Shown here: positions 62,344-64,000 of the stretch, in pieces | Layout: every line of letters begins with the position of its first letter | How positions within the stretch are numbered: position 1 is the first letter of the stretch | Assembly: GCF_009914755.1 (NCBI RefSeq) | Contig: NC_060943.1 | Reading direction: 5' to 3' (one strand) | DNA from: the human T2T-CHM13v2.0 reference genome, Homo sapiens | Length of the DNA: 64,000 nt | Program-made: the position numbers and the translations under genes | The notes under the pieces: generated by a model | What the model saw: the letters and a program-made list of their open reading frames with translations, nothing else | Told to the model about the DNA's origin: nothing | The model's database searches: none

Positions 62344-64000
62344 AAAGAAATATCTTCACATAAGCACTACAAAGAAGCGTTCTCCGAAACTCCTTTGTGA
62401 TATGTGTGTTCAATTCACAGAGTTGAACCTTTCTTTTCATTGAGCAGTTTTGAAAAACTGCTTTTCTAGAATCTGCTTGTGGATATTTGGAGCTCTTTGA
62501 GGAATTCATTGTCAATGGGATATCTTCATATACAAACTAGCCAGAAGCATTCTCAGAAACTGCTTTGTGATGTGTGCATTCAACACACGGAGTTGAACCT
62601 TCCTTCTGAGAGAACAGTTTTCAAACAGTCTTTTTGTAGTATCTGCAAGTCGCTATTTGGAACGCTATGAGGCCTATGAGGGAAAAGGAACTATCTTCAC
62701 ATACAAACTAGACAGAAGCATGCTCAGAAACTGCTTTGTGATGTGTGTGTTCAATTCACAGGGTTGACTCTTTCTTTTGATTGAGCAGTTTTGAACAACC
62801 TGTTTTGTAGAATCTGCTTGTGGATATTTGTAGCTCTTGGAAGAATTCATTGTAAAAGGGATATCTTCACATACACACAAGTCAGAAGCATTCTCAGAAA
62901 CTTCTTTGTGATTGTGAATTGAACTCACAGAGTTGATCCTTCCTTCTGAGAGAGCCGTTTTGAAACAATCTTTTTGAAGTATCTTCAATTGGATACTTGT
63001 AGTGATTTGAGGCCTAAGATGGAAAAGGAAATATCTTCACATACAATCTAGACAGAAGCACTCTCAGAAGCTGCTTGGTGATGTCTGCATTCAACTCACA
63101 GACTTTAACCCTTGTTTTGAAAGAGCAGTGTTGAAACACACATTTTGTAGGATCTGCAAGTGTTCATTTGGAGAGCTTTTGTGCCTATGGTGGAAAAAGC
63201 AATATCTTCACATAAATACTAGACAGAAGCATTCTCAGAAACTGCTTTGTGATGTGTGCATTCAACTCACAGAGTTGAACCTTCCTTTTGAGAGAGAGAT
63301 TTTGAAACAGTCTTTTTGTAGTATCTGCAAGTGGATATTTTTAGTGATTTGAGGTGTAAGATGGAAAAGGAAATACCTTCACCTACAAACTAGACAGAAG
63401 CATTCTCAGAAACTGCTTGGTGATGTGTGCATTCAACTCACAGAGTTGAAACTTTCTTTTGAGAATGCAGTTTTGAAACAGTCTTCTTGTAGTATCTGCA
63501 AGTGGATATTTGGAGCGATTTGAGGCCTATGATGGAAAAGGAAATATGTTCACATACAAACTAGACACAAGCGTTCTCAGAAACTGCTTTGTGATGTGTG
63601 CATTCACCTCACAGAGTGGAACCGTTCTTTGGATAGAGCAGTTTTGAAACAGTCTTTCTCTAGTATCTGCAAGTGTTCATTTTGAGCGCTTTGAGGCCCA
63701 TGATGGAAAAGTTAATATTTTCACATAAACCTAGACAGAAGCTTTCTCAGGAATTTCATTGAGATGTGTGCATTAAGGTAACTGATTTGAATACGTCTTT
63801 TGATAGAGCAGTATTGAAACACTTCTTTTGTATAATCTGCCTGTGGATATCTGGAACTCTTTGAAGAATTCTTTGGAAACGGCTATCTTCACATAAAAAC
63901 TAGACCCAAGCATTCTCAGAAAGTTCTTTGTGATATGTACATTGGACTCCCAGACTTGAACCTTTCTTTTGATAGAGCAGTGCTGGAACACACTTTTTGT
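62344..64000 (+). repeat. HOR copy 10 (partial, ~10 monomers, truncated by the window end)
   Basis: Matches the first ~1.66 kb of the HOR unit. Confidence 0.95.

Larger units (their letters stand above)
1..64000 (+). repeat. Alpha satellite (alphoid) tandem array, ~171-bp monomers, 40-mer higher-order repeat (~6.8 kb unit); primate centromeric/pericentromeric DNA
   Basis: The alphoid consensus segments ACTAGACAGAAGCATTCTCAGAAACTGCTTTGTGATGTGTGCATTCAACTCACAGAGTTGAACCTT and GAGCAGTTTTGAAACA...TTTTGTAGAATCTGCAAGTGGATATTTGG recur every ~170-171 bp. CENP-B-box and pJalpha-box-like motifs sit at the expected monomer position. I counted 40 monomer starts between positions ~35 and ~6849. The ORF set repeats at 136, 6949, 13763, 20577, 27391, 34204, 41018, 47828, 55665 and 62479. 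Confidence 0.99.

Noticed and set aside
136-63991. About 190 short ORFs (60-145 aa) on both strands, repeating with the HOR
   Set aside because: They are chance translations of alphoid monomers. The same peptide motifs (HSQKLLCDVCIQLTELNL) recur with the 171-bp period, many begin at GTG/TTG, and indels shift them freely. No gene context or recognisable domain is present.
1-64000. CRISPR-like pattern of conserved repeat plus variable spacer
   Set aside because: The intervening sequences are homologous parts of the 171-bp monomer, not unique spacers, and there are no cas genes.
1-64000. Transposon insertions (L1, Alu) or strand inversions
   Set aside because: None seen. All length differences between copies are explained by the 1-bp, 4-bp and 1023-bp events, and monomer orientation is uniform.

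Overview
The whole 64 kb window is primate centromeric alpha satellite (alphoid) DNA: head-to-tail ~171-bp monomers, all in one orientation, organised as a very homogeneous higher-order repeat (HOR) of 40 monomers (6,814 bp). There are 9 complete copies plus a partial tenth. Copy lengths, taken from the recurring ORF coordinates, are 6813, 6814, 6814, 6814, 6813, 6814, 6810, 7837 and 6814 bp. Copy 8 is a 46-mer structural variant carrying an exact 1,023-bp (6-monomer) tandem duplication. A-type (pJalpha-box) and B-type (CENP-B-box) monomers alternate irregularly. Only 4 of ~13 B-type monomers per HOR keep the CENP-B core, and many of the others show CpG-deamination-type changes. The 40-mer looks assembled from related 15-, 16- and 9-monomer sub-blocks. 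I see no protein-coding genes, RNA genes, transposons or CRISPR arrays, and the listed ORFs are satellite artefacts. I found no new gene system. What is of interest is the HOR architecture and its recombination signatures. Monomer numbers are my own (m1 starts near position 35 of copy 1), and variants were read by eye, so the variant list is probably incomplete.
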